25,921 nucleotides of DNA from a bacterium. GTDB taxonomy: Bacteria; Krumholzibacteriota; Krumholzibacteriia; G020349025. The notes beneath the pieces are model-generated. The model saw only the letters and a program-made list of their open reading frames with translations, had not been told where the DNA came from and searched no databases. The position numbers were made by a program, and so were the translations under genes. Numbering within the stretch: position 1 is the stretch's first letter; each line of letters starts with the position of its first letter. Below are positions 17,730-25,921 of the stretch, piece by piece. The stretch is from positions 1 through 25,921 of the forward strand of contig JANLSU010000094.1 of assembly GCA_031362565.1 (NCBI GenBank), given 5' to 3'.

Positions 17730-18779
17730 TCATGGCAAGCCAGCGACAATACCAACCGCGATCTCCCGCTCGGTGAGGTGTGCATATCCCAGTACCAAGC
17801 CTTGTGGCCCGAGTTTCGGCCGCGACCGCCAGTATGCTCCGATCGGGCAGAGTCGTACTTTGTGATCGGCAGCCGTTCGTACAACCTGCTGCTCATCGAC
17901 GCCGCGTGGGAACATCGCTACTAAGTGTAGGCCGGCCGCGATGCCGCGAATCGCCCAGCCCGAGCGACGCATTTGCAGCGTGCGAATCAGCACATCCCGC
18001 CGGCTCCGGTATAGAAGGCGCATCCGGCGCAAGTGTTGGTCGAGAGCCCCGCTCTGCAGGAATTCCGCGTATACGAGCTGTTCAAAGCACGGCGTCCCCA
18101 GATCGGCGAACTTCTTCACCTCGGCCACGGGATCGACCAGGGTTGGAGGGACACACAACCAGCCGAGCCGAAGAGCCGGTGCCAGGATCTTGCTGGCCGA
18201 ACCAGCGTACACAACGCGGTCCGGCGCGAGCCCCTGAAGAGCACCGACTGGAAAACCATCGTAACGGTACTCGGCATCATAGTCGTCTTCGATGACGAAC
18301 CCGCGACTCCGTTCAGCCCAAGCCAACAGCTCGTGCCGTCGCTCCGGACTGAGGACGCTTCCGCTTGGAAACTGGTGCGCCGGAGTGACGATGACCGCCT
18401 GCGCGCGGGTCTCGGCGAGTCGTGCGGTGACCAGGCCTTGGTCGTCGACCGGCACAGGAGCGATGCTCATTCCCGCCGCCGAGACGATGTGCCGGATATC
18501 GGGCTGCGCCGGGTTTTCCATCGCGATCCGGCTGATTCCACGTTTCGCGAGCGCCTTCATAACAAGGCCTAGACCCTGCGCGAAGCCGGTGCAGATGATC
18601 ACCTGGCCAGGCACAGCGGCGACACCGCGGACTCTTGCAAGGTATTCGCTCATTGCGGCCCGTAGGGCGGTTGCGCCTCGCGCATCGCCATAGCCGAGAT
18701 CGCCGGGGCTCATCGCACGCAGCGCCCGGCGTGCGGCGCGACTCCAGTCCTCACGTGGAAACTCGCGGACGTCGGGCAC
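17730..18779 (-). pseudogene. MocR/GabR-family regulator, PLP domain only (N-terminal HTH lost)
   Basis: Begins at PDVREFPREDW; GYGDARG, VTPAHQFPSG, IEDDYDAEYRY, GSASKILAPALRLGW (PLP Lys), GLVLGYA. In-frame TAA at 18786-18788 just upstream, no RBS; the last helix also looks clipped. Confidence 0.85.
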
Positions 18780-18781
18780 AC

Positions 18782-19126
18782 GCGATTACGCGGCACGTGG
18801 ATCGCGACTTGGCGCTCCTCGCCATGCTCTGCCGCGTACTCGAAGCCGGCTCCGGCAGCGGCGAAATCTACTTCGCGGTCGGCAGCATGATCTTCTGCTG
18901 GTTGTTGCTGAAAGGTCGGACGATCCCTGCCTGGCTCTCTTTGCTCGGTTTGTTCTCCTCCGGCGGACTCGTCGTCCAGTTGTTGGTACAGCAGGCCGCT
19001 GGTACCAGCACGAACTGGTCCTCGCCCCTGACATGGGTGATCTGGTTCCCGCTGTTGATCTTCGAGCTGACGTTCGCCGCCGTGTTGCTCGCCAATCGCC
19101 TCACGCCACAGCGATCACCTGAATGA
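18782..19126 (+). pseudogene. DUF4386-like membrane protein, 5'-truncated
   Basis: AITRHVDRDLALLAMLCRVLE...YFAVGSMIFCWLLLKGRTIPAWLSLLG...FPLLIFELTFAAVLL; the in-frame upstream part is just the antisense of the MocR gene. Confidence 0.7.
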
Positions 19127-19191
19127 ACTGTCTCTGGTATTTCGCGTGAACGTCATGCGCGCCGCTCAAACGTTCGATAGGAGGGAACGCG

Positions 19192-19755
19192 ATGGACAGA
19201 GGCCCGGACATGAGCGTACTGCACATCAACCCACGCCGATTCGCGCGGATCGCCGGCGCTTTGTACCTGCTGGTCTTCGTCTTCGGGATTGCCGCACTTA
19301 ACACGGCGGGCGACACGCGCTTCGCCGCCAACATCCTTGCCGCCGCCGTCTATTACGTGGTGACGGTGATGCTGTAGCAGCTCTACAAGCCGGTGAGCCC
19401 GACGGGATCGCTCGTGACAGCGCTTTTCAGCTTCGCCGCGCTCACCATCGGAATGCTCAGCGATTTCGGTGTCGTGCGGTTCCCCCTCAACACGCTCGTG
19501 CTGTTCGGCGCGTACTGCATCGGTTTGGGCTGGCTCACCGTGAAGGCCACATTCCTGCCCAGGGTGTTCGGTGTGCTGCTGATCGTCGCGGGACTAGGCT
19601 GGCTCACATACGTCCACCCTCCGCTCGCGAAACGGCTCGGCGCGTTGGCGATGGCGCCGGGGATGGTGGGCGAAGGGGCGCTCACGCTCTGGCTGTTGGC
19701 CGCAGGCGTCGATCCCGCGCGATGGCGTGCACAGTCGACTCAAGGCAAGGCGTGA
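19192..19755 (+). pseudogene. DUF4386-like membrane protein interrupted by an in-frame TAG (19375-19377)
   Basis: ORFs 19192-19377 and 19393-19755 share a frame: ARIAGALYLL...VTVML*QLYKPVS...LFGAYC...FLPRVFGVLL..AGLGW...GEGALTLWLL..GVD..RW; AGGAGG RBS. Confidence 0.8.
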
Positions 19756-19856
19756 CGGAATGGCGGCGGCGAAGCCGAACAGAGCACATGCCATCTCCCC
19801 AGGGTTTTGGGGGCGTGGACCTCGATTCCGGGCGGTAGTGTAAAGGTCCAAAGAAC

Positions 19857-22574
19857 TCACCGCGTCCCCAACCGCTGCCGCCATCCCGTGAGCACGCAAA
19901 GCGGCGCGGGATTCGACTGCGGCTCGGATTCGTGCACGAGGAAATGGCGCTGATCGGACGCGACGGCGACGAGGGGTGAGCGCGGCGGTAATTTGAAGAG
20001 CACGCGCGGCTCGCCCTGACGAAATCCGCCTTCGAGCTGCACCGGAACTGCGATGACGCGATCGTCGACGTCGACTACTACGATGACGCGTCCGTTCGCC
20101 GACCACGCGGGGCGAAAGCGGACCAGCTTCCGATCCAGGACGACTTGGTAGCGCACACCGGGCGTCTCCATCGAGTAGATGCGCAACTGCACCGCATCGT
20201 CTACCGAAACGTCGCAGGCAAGCCAGTGCCCGTCCGGAGAAAGCGCGCCGCCCAGCTCATACTCTGGTGTTTCAAGAAAGCATGTCGCCGCTTTCGGGTC
20301 GTCTACCGGCACCGTCCAGATATCGAAATTCCCTTGTGCATTGCTACAGAGGGCGATGATCCGGCGTCCATCGGTCGACCACGCCTGCATTTGCGCAAAC
20401 AGGCCCGGCGCCCGGAACACGACGGTATCCGCTGAGGTTTCGGTGGAGATCACGTGGATCGCTTCGCCCGTGCCGGATGACAGTGTATAGCCGATGCGCT
20501 TCGAATCCGGGGACCACGCCGGGTTTTTGAGGCTGTTCAGCTGTGGCAGATTGAAGAACGTGAGCCGTGCCGGCACCGGGTGCTGGAGATCGAGCAGCCA
20601 CAAGTCATTGTCTGCGGCCAGCGTTATCGCAAGCTTCTGCTGATCCGGGGCCAGCGCGAGCGACGTCGGCGACTCGACCTCGCGCGTCCGTTGATCGGTC
20701 GGGTTGCCGGCCGCGTCGAACCAACGGAACCACGCCTTCTCCCGCCGCGGCCGCTGGTACACGAGCGTGCCGTTCGCCGCTGCCGCGAGGTTGGCGTGGC
20801 CGAACTTCGGGAAAGCGCCGCACTGAGCGATCTCGACGAGCGGACCCGAGACTTCAAGTTTGTCTTCGTCGAAGCGTTGCGCCATGACGCGGCGATGGTC
20901 CACGCCAAGAATCCAGCCGGGCTCCGCCCAACGCGCCGCCGTCTCGGTTTCGCGCAGCACACGGCTTGGCCCGCCGGCGATGTCTCCGACACACAACCAT
21001 CGCTTGCCGTTTCTCCCGAAGGCCACGTACAGGAAATGAGGTCCGCCGCGAATCAAGCAGGGGTAACGGTGGCCCACTTCCTGGCGGTCTGCGTCCAACG
21101 TCGTGACTTGAACGGCATTGCCGCCGGTCGCTGGAATGGTGTACACGCAGCCGCTCGCCGTCGGCGCGTACACAATGGTGCCGTCCGCTGACCACACGCC
21201 TCCGCGCCCGTCCGCCGCGTCGGCGAGTGCGACCGACGAACTCCCGTCCAGACTGATCTTGCGGAGCTTGCTCCCGGAGAAAAACCCGATCCAGCGGCCA
21301 TCCGGCGACCAGAACGGCTGCCAGGCCTCCTCGCTGCCGGGAAGCAGCCGGAATTCGGCGCGGTCGAGCGGCCGGATCGCGATCCTGATGTTGCTCGAAG
21401 AGTCCCGAACCATGCAGGCCACCGTGCGCCCATCGGGCGACAGCACCGGATCAGCGGGCATGAGGAACCTGCAGCCGGGTGGCAGTTCGAGCGTGAATTC
21501 GGTGGCCGCGGGTGCCGGCGCGTTTGCAGAACGGCTGCGATTGTGCGCGGCTGTGATGAGTGTGACGACCAGTGCAATCGTCGCCAGGACCGCCCAAGCA
21601 AGCACGGCGCGCTTCCGAACCGTGGACGCGGATCGAGACGGCTTCGCGCCAGGGGCGGGTGCGGCCGCCAGTGGAGCATTCGCCTGCGAACCGGATTCGC
21701 TGCCGATCCATTGCAGTTCGTGCACGACGTCGCGCGCATTTTGCCAACGATCCTCGGGATCCTTCGCCAAGCAGCGGCGCACCAACCGGTCGAGCCCGGG
21801 CGGTGCCATGGGTACAACGGTGGCGATCGGCGCGGGCTCGGTATTCATGATGCTGCCGATGAGCGACGCCTGGCTTTTGCCTGCAAAGGCGCGACGGCCC
21901 GTCACCATCTCGTACAACACGCAGCCGAGCGCCCAAAGGTCGCTGCGCGCGTCTGCCTCGCGGCCTTCGAGCTGCTCGGGTGACATGTACTGGAAGGTGC
22001 CGACGATCGTCCCTTCGGAGGTGAGTGGGAGCGATTCGGCCGGTGACTGCGCGAGCTCCGTCGCCGCAGCGTCACCGGCCGTGCCGGTCCCCGCCATGCC
22101 GGTCGCGCGCGCCAGGCCGAAATCCATCAACTTCGCGCCGCCCTTGGCCAGCATCACGTTACCGGGTTTGAGATCGCGATGCACAATGCCGGCGCGATGG
22201 GCGCGATCGAGTGCGCTGGCGATCTGAGCGCCAAGCCGCAATACGTCGGCAGGCGGCAATGCGCCGCGCCCGAGCCGGTCGGCGAGCGTCTCGCCTTCGA
22301 CCAGTTCCATGACCAAATAGTCCGTGTCGCCCTCGCGACCGATGTCGTGCAGCGTGCAGATGTGTGAATCGTTGAGCGATGAGATGGTCTTTGCTTCGCG
22401 CTCGAAGCGCGCCCGGACCTCCGGGTTCGTCGACAAATGCTGCGGGAGCACTTTGACGGCGACATCGCGCCCGAGGCGCGCATCGCGGGCGCGATACACC
22501 TCGCCCATGCCGCCGGCGCCGAGCGGCGCGACGATCTCGTAGGGGCCGAGGCGGGTGCCGGGACTCAGTGGCAT
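19857..22574 (-). CDS. Hanks-type Ser/Thr protein kinase with TM segment and C-terminal PD40/TolB-like beta-propeller
   Basis: LGAGGMGEVY, VAVK, HRDLKPGN, DFG, GTFQYMSPEQ, SDLWALG; TM AVLAWAVLATIALVVTLI; repeated SPDG/WSPD/WSTDG units. Confidence 0.96.
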   Translation of the reverse strand: MPLSPGTRLGPYEIVAPLGAGGMGEVYRARDARLGRDVAVKVLPQHLSTNPEVRARFEREAKTISSLNDSHICTLHDIGREGDTDYLVMELVEGETLADRLGRGALPPADVLRLGAQIASALDRAHRAGIVHRDLKPGNVMLAKGGAKLMDFGLARATGMAGTGTAGDAAATELAQSPAESLPLTSEGTIVGTFQYMSPEQLEGREADARSDLWALGCVLYEMVTGRRAFAGKSQASLIGSIMNTEPAPIATVVPMAPPGLDRLVRRCLAKDPEDRWQNARDVVHELQWIGSESGSQANAPLAAAPAPGAKPSRSASTVRKRAVLAWAVLATIALVVTLITAAHNRSRSANAPAPAATEFTLELPPGCRFLMPADPVLSPDGRTVACMVRDSSSNIRIAIRPLDRAEFRLLPGSEEAWQPFWSPDGRWIGFFSGSKLRKISLDGSSSVALADAADGRGGVWSADGTIVYAPTASGCVYTIPATGGNAVQVTTLDADRQEVGHRYPCLIRGGPHFLYVAFGRNGKRWLCVGDIAGGPSRVLRETETAARWAEPGWILGVDHRRVMAQRFDEDKLEVSGPLVEIAQCGAFPKFGHANLAAAANGTLVYQRPRREKAWFRWFDAAGNPTDQRTREVESPTSLALAPDQQKLAITLAADNDLWLLDLQHPVPARLTFFNLPQLNSLKNPAWSPDSKRIGYTLSSGTGEAIHVISTETSADTVVFRAPGLFAQMQAWSTDGRRIIALCSNAQGNFDIWTVPVDDPKAATCFLETPEYELGGALSPDGHWLACDVSVDDAVQLRIYSMETPGVRYQVVLDRKLVRFRPAWSANGRVIVVVDVDDRVIAVPVQLEGGFRQGEPRVLFKLPPRSPLVAVASDQRHFLVHESEPQSNPAPLCVLTGWRQRLGTR

Positions 22575-22580
22575 CGGGGC

Positions 22581-22654
22581 ACTCTACCTCAAGTCGCCCA
22601 AATTCGCCCACCTCGGCCGGAGGCCGATCGGGGCTTGGCCGGCTTGGGCGACTT
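22581..22654 (-). promoter_or_regulatory. Putative leaderless -10 box plus long inverted repeat upstream of the kinase
   Basis: TAGAGT (22581-22586) 6 nt before the ATG; 11-bp perfect arms AAGTCGCCCAA (22591-22601)/TTGGGCGACTT (22644-22654) enclosing TCGGCC-GGA-GGCCGA. Confidence 0.45.
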
Positions 22655-22983
22655 CGCCCTGATTCAGGCGGTCCGCGCCCTCCTCGCGAAAACGTCTCAT
22701 CGATCAGAAACATCGGGCTCGCGACAATGGAGCTCTGCAAGTTGTGCAGTCGCAGAGAGACCGCCGCGGCGCGCCACCGCCCGCCAAGTGCGGTGTCACG
22801 GAGCGTCCACGATAGTGACAGATTCGGGTGCGGACATCTGCGCTCCTACGTACGCAGCACAGCGTATCGACAAGAGATGGAAGCACGCCGTACTCTTCCG
22901 GCGCGGATTGACATCACCGGCGTTCATTTTGCTATGCATTTCTGCGGACATTCGTACGTCTCACAACGAGAGGGACCGCTTCC

Positions 22984-23397
22984 TTGGATCCTACGCGTTT
23001 ACTGGTTCCCTGCATTCTTGCGTTGAGCTCCGCGATGATTGCTGGATTGTCCATGGTACTGGTAGCGGTCCGAGAAGCGGCGGTTACGTCACGGGGCCAG
23101 CCGAGTGGGCAGGAAGCGATCAACGACATCCAACGCGAACTCGTCGACGAATGGCAGAACAAGCGGCGCCTCCGCGCGCTACTCAAGGGTCTCTGGCATG
23201 GGATTCGTGCGTATGTCGCCTGGAAGCGGCGGTCTTCGCTCGGCAGTTTGGACCTGGGGCTCGTGTCCGCATACCTGGCCACTACGGTCCTGGCACTCCA
23301 GCCCGGTCCCGACGACATCATGCAACTGCTTGAAAATATTATAAATGCGCTTACGAGGTTCGTCGAGGCGATCGCGCATCTCGCAGGCCGGGCATAG
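22984..23397 (+). CDS. Hypothetical membrane protein (137 aa)
   Basis: GAGGGA RBS with TTG start; N-terminal hydrophobic helix, second hydrophobic stretch and amphipathic C-terminal helix; co-oriented with the sigma gene. Confidence 0.6.
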   Translation: MDPTRLLVPCILALSSAMIAGLSMVLVAVREAAVTSRGQPSGQEAINDIQRELVDEWQNKRRLRALLKGLWHGIRAYVAWKRRSSLGSLDLGLVSAYLATTVLALQPGPDDIMQLLENIINALTRFVEAIAHLAGRA

Positions 23398-23453
23398 GGC
23401 CGCCCCGGAAGTGCCACGAAACGGTGTCACACCAGAGGAGGAATTGTCACAGC

Positions 23454-24005
23454 ATGGATAGGAGTGAGCTGCGTGGGACCATCGAGGAGATGGCTGAGCT
23501 CCTCCGGAGGGAGGAGAGGCAATATGCGAAGCTTGCTTGGGTTTGGTTGAAGCGTCATGGCGCAAAACCCACAACGGAAGACGTTGAAGATGTAATGGAG
23601 GACGCATTCCTTCGCGCGGCAACGAAACTGAGACACGATGGAGTGCAGGTCAGAAACCTCGGAGCCTGGTATGCCAGATTCCTCTTCTACCGATGCCTCG
23701 AGTTCGCGCGCAGTAAGCGCCGGGATGATGCTTTTGTCACTCGGAGCCTCGACCTGGAAGACATGGACAGGATCCAGCAGTACGTCGCGGATCACGTCGC
23801 GTCCGAAGGCGATGATGGTCGGTTTCTACGTGGCATCCTCGACACGCTTTCGAGCGAGGAGCGGAAACTCCTCGACTCCTACATGGATGGGGCAACATCC
23901 GAGCAACTCGCGGTCAAGTTCAACGTGACCCCGGCGGCCCTGCGCCAGAGAAAACACCGGATTCTGAAGAAACTCGAGTGGCGCCTCAAGGAGGATGAGA
24001 CTTGA
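23454..24005 (+). CDS. ECF (sigma-70 group 4) RNA polymerase sigma factor
   Basis: Region 2: EDVEDVMEDAFLRA, LGAWYARFLFYRCLEFARSKRR; region 4: LDTLSSEERKLL...GATSEQLAVKFNVTPAALRQRKHRILKKL; GAGGAGG RBS. Confidence 0.85.
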   Translation: MDRSELRGTIEEMAELLRREERQYAKLAWVWLKRHGAKPTTEDVEDVMEDAFLRAATKLRHDGVQVRNLGAWYARFLFYRCLEFARSKRRDDAFVTRSLDLEDMDRIQQYVADHVASEGDDGRFLRGILDTLSSEERKLLDSYMDGATSEQLAVKFNVTPAALRQRKHRILKKLEWRLKEDET

Positions 24006-24787
24006 ACACCTCGGAATACACGGAAGTCGAGAGCGCTTCCCTCGAGAAGGACTTCGAGGCACTCTGGCAAATGCGGCGCGGTCGTGTCTCGTTTCCAGAG
24101 GCTGATGTTCCACCGACGAACATCGATTGGAACCGCCTGACACGAATTGCGACTGCCCGCATGCCCCTCGAGTGGCTAAGTGATGTCGTTCGCGCGACGC
24201 CACGCCCGTTGCTATGGGTCTTCGCCGTCTTTACCAGCGTCGCGAGTATCGGTGTATTGGTGGGTCTCTATTCCAGAGCCGGTAGCGCGTTCGCTCAATT
24301 GAGGTCCTACGAGAAACTCTTTCTTTTCATGGCCATCGGCACTCTGATCACCATCGCGGGAATGACGGGTTCCGTGGCGCTGAGTGCCCTGGCGAGGGTG
24401 GTTCCAACACGTGGTCGTCGCCACGGGCCTTCGCGGCGGCGAGGCACGCAGCCACGTGTGTCGCTCCTTTTTTGCTACATCATAGCTGCGACGATTGCTC
24501 TGTTTGCACTTGTGGCACAATCGGCACGATTTGTTCCGAGTGACAAGTCTCTGCCGTTCGCGAGCTATGATGGTCTGTCGATCGAGATCGCAAATGACCC
24601 CCGCATGTATGAGAACGTGATATCTATTGCGGCGGCGAAAGTGGGCCAAGACAAGGACGAGGTCCTGCGGCGATGGTCGACGTCTCCGAAACTGCGCGCG
24701 GCCGTTTACTCGGAGCTCTTGTCCCAGCAAAGGTTCGAGGAACTCAAAGCGCAGTACACCGCGCAATTGTCGGCGCGAAGACCCTAG
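24002..24787 (+). CDS. Hypothetical 3-TM membrane protein, candidate anti-sigma factor
   Basis: TTGA overlap with the sigma stop, AAGGAGG RBS; ~70-aa soluble N-terminus, three hydrophobic helices, ~85-aa helical C-terminus. Confidence 0.7.
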   Translation: MNTSEYTEVESASLEKDFEALWQMRRGRVSFPEADVPPTNIDWNRLTRIATARMPLEWLSDVVRATPRPLLWVFAVFTSVASIGVLVGLYSRAGSAFAQLRSYEKLFLFMAIGTLITIAGMTGSVALSALARVVPTRGRRHGPSRRRGTQPRVSLLFCYIIAATIALFALVAQSARFVPSDKSLPFASYDGLSIEIANDPRMYENVISIAAAKVGQDKDEVLRRWSTSPKLRAAVYSELLSQQRFEELKAQYTAQLSARRP

Positions 24788-24872
24788 GGCGCTCGCCTCT
24801 ACCCATCAGAATGAAGTAGGAGTCGGGAGCCCCGCTTCGAACCCTGACAGGTCGGATTCGCTTCGAGCCGGG

Positions 24873-25421
24873 TCAACCACGACAGCACACCTTGTATTTG
24901 CGTCCGCTCCCGCACGGACATCGGTCGTTCGCTCCGACCTTCGCCGTCGCGCGCCGAAAGGTCGCCACTGCCGCGGCGACGCTGGCACCGTCCTCCGGTG
25001 GCGGAAGGTGAGACTGCCCGGGGTGCGCAGGGTCATCCACGACCTGTTTCCACATCCTGTAGTGACGTTCGAGGCGTTCGCGGTAGTCACGGTCGCTCGC
25101 GATCATCTTCACGAAGAGGGCGAGCAACGCCGGCGACGCATCAGTCTGAGGATTCAGCGGATCGAGAAAAGTCTGTCCATCATCGGCAAAACGCGCCTCC
25201 GGTGGTTCGAAGGCGTGATTGATGGTCGCGACATGCCGCCCTTGTTCCACATCGATCACGTTGAGCATCACCCGACGGCAGTCGCAGGCCGGCTCCCGGC
25301 AAAAGAGTTCATGAAACGCGAACGGGCGCTCGGGCAGATACGGGTCTCCGACCGGGGTGATCGAGCGAAGCTCGCGCGATTCCACGTCCGAGAATAGGGT
25401 GTTGAAACTGACCATCGTCAT
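24873..25421 (-). CDS. SEC-C metal-binding motif protein
   Basis: C-terminal KVGANDRCPCGSGRKYKVCC; N-terminal FCREPACDCRRV Cys cluster; GGAGG RBS. Confidence 0.9.
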   Translation of the reverse strand: MTMVSFNTLFSDVESRELRSITPVGDPYLPERPFAFHELFCREPACDCRRVMLNVIDVEQGRHVATINHAFEPPEARFADDGQTFLDPLNPQTDASPALLALFVKMIASDRDYRERLERHYRMWKQVVDDPAHPGQSHLPPPEDGASVAAAVATFRRATAKVGANDRCPCGSGRKYKVCCRG

Positions 25422-25479
25422 GCGAGCGATCCTCCGAGAAGGTGCTGGCCGGGATCGACCCCGCGCGGTTCGAAGAAGA

Positions 25480-25921
25480 TCAACGGTACAGTGTCTTCAG
25501 CACTCCCCACGAAGTCGCCGTCACGCCGAGCGGGCAATCTTCGGTGCACGCGCTGGTGTCGTCATCGTAGAAGAGGCCCGGTTCGTCGGTGGTCTTCTGG
25601 ATTTCGGTGGCGCCCATCTTGCCGATATAGAGCATCTTGGCGAGGGCCCGGCTGCCGGTGCCGTCCGGCGCCACGGCGGCGTCGAGCCGCTCTTGAAGCT
25701 TCTTCCATTTGTCCTTGAAGTCCGTACCGAGGAGCGTCGTCCCAATTGCTGTGTTCGCCGCTGCGGAATCGGCGGCGCTCATCGTGGCACCGGCCCGTTT
25801 GCGCCAGGCACGACGGGCGATCGACTGGGCGTTGGCGGCCGTCGAGTTGATTGTCGAGACCGATCCGCCGACAGCGACGATGGCGTCGCGCAGCGTTTTC
25901 GCGACCGATGTGATTCCGCCG
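25480..25921 (-). CDS. 3' end of a probably secreted protein with a C-terminal SWGxxKxxYR tail; 5' end outside the window
   Basis: Frame open to the right edge (GGITSVAKTLRDAIVAVGG...); ends DDDTSACTEDCPLGVTATSWGVLKTLYR-stop. Confidence 0.85.
   Translation of the reverse strand, partial: GGITSVAKTLRDAIVAVGGSVSTINSTAANAQSIARRAWRKRAGATMSAADSAAANTAIGTTLLGTDFKDKWKKLQERLDAAVAPDGTGSRALAKMLYIGKMGATEIQKTTDEPGLFYDDDTSACTEDCPLGVTATSWGVLKTLYR

Noticed and set aside
22908..22938. TTGACA...TATGCA sigma70-like promoter upstream of the ECF cassette
   Set aside because: 19-nt spacer and imperfect -10; too weak to call without TSS data.

Overview
GC-rich bacterial chromosomal window. FlgD/Ig-tailed secreted proteins, a C-terminal SWGxxKxxYR tail and a Hanks kinase-propeller suggest an Eisenbacteria/Krumholzibacteria/Latescibacteria-type lineage (inference only). 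The left part (1-12.6 kb) holds mostly intact genes: a GT-C/TPR membrane glycosyltransferase absent from the ORF track, a single-domain response regulator, a cN-II-type 5'-nucleotidase, an exosortase H-like enzyme with a partner membrane protein and an APC permease, tRNA-Glu(CUC), glnS, a CoA-transferase, a PimA-like GT4 and an Asp/Glu racemase. At 12.69-12.90 kb lies an apparently free-standing multi-stem RNA candidate with a -10 box and a strong terminator, which I cannot assign to a known family. Around an intact S8 protease-FG-GAP-UnbV-FlgD gene, 12.9-19.8 kb is a decay zone: a gndA C-terminal tail, FlgD-domain scraps, an AlbA_2-like N-terminus fused to the 5' half of an Arg-type tRNA, a MocR-type gene and a DUF4386-like gene both lacking 5' ends, and a DUF4386-like gene with an in-frame TAG. 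The right part has a Ser/Thr kinase, an ECF sigma factor between two unknown membrane proteins, a SEC-C protein and the 3' end of a gene ending SWGVLKTLYR. No CRISPR array, integrase or transposase was seen. All family calls come from motif recognition by eye, not database searches.
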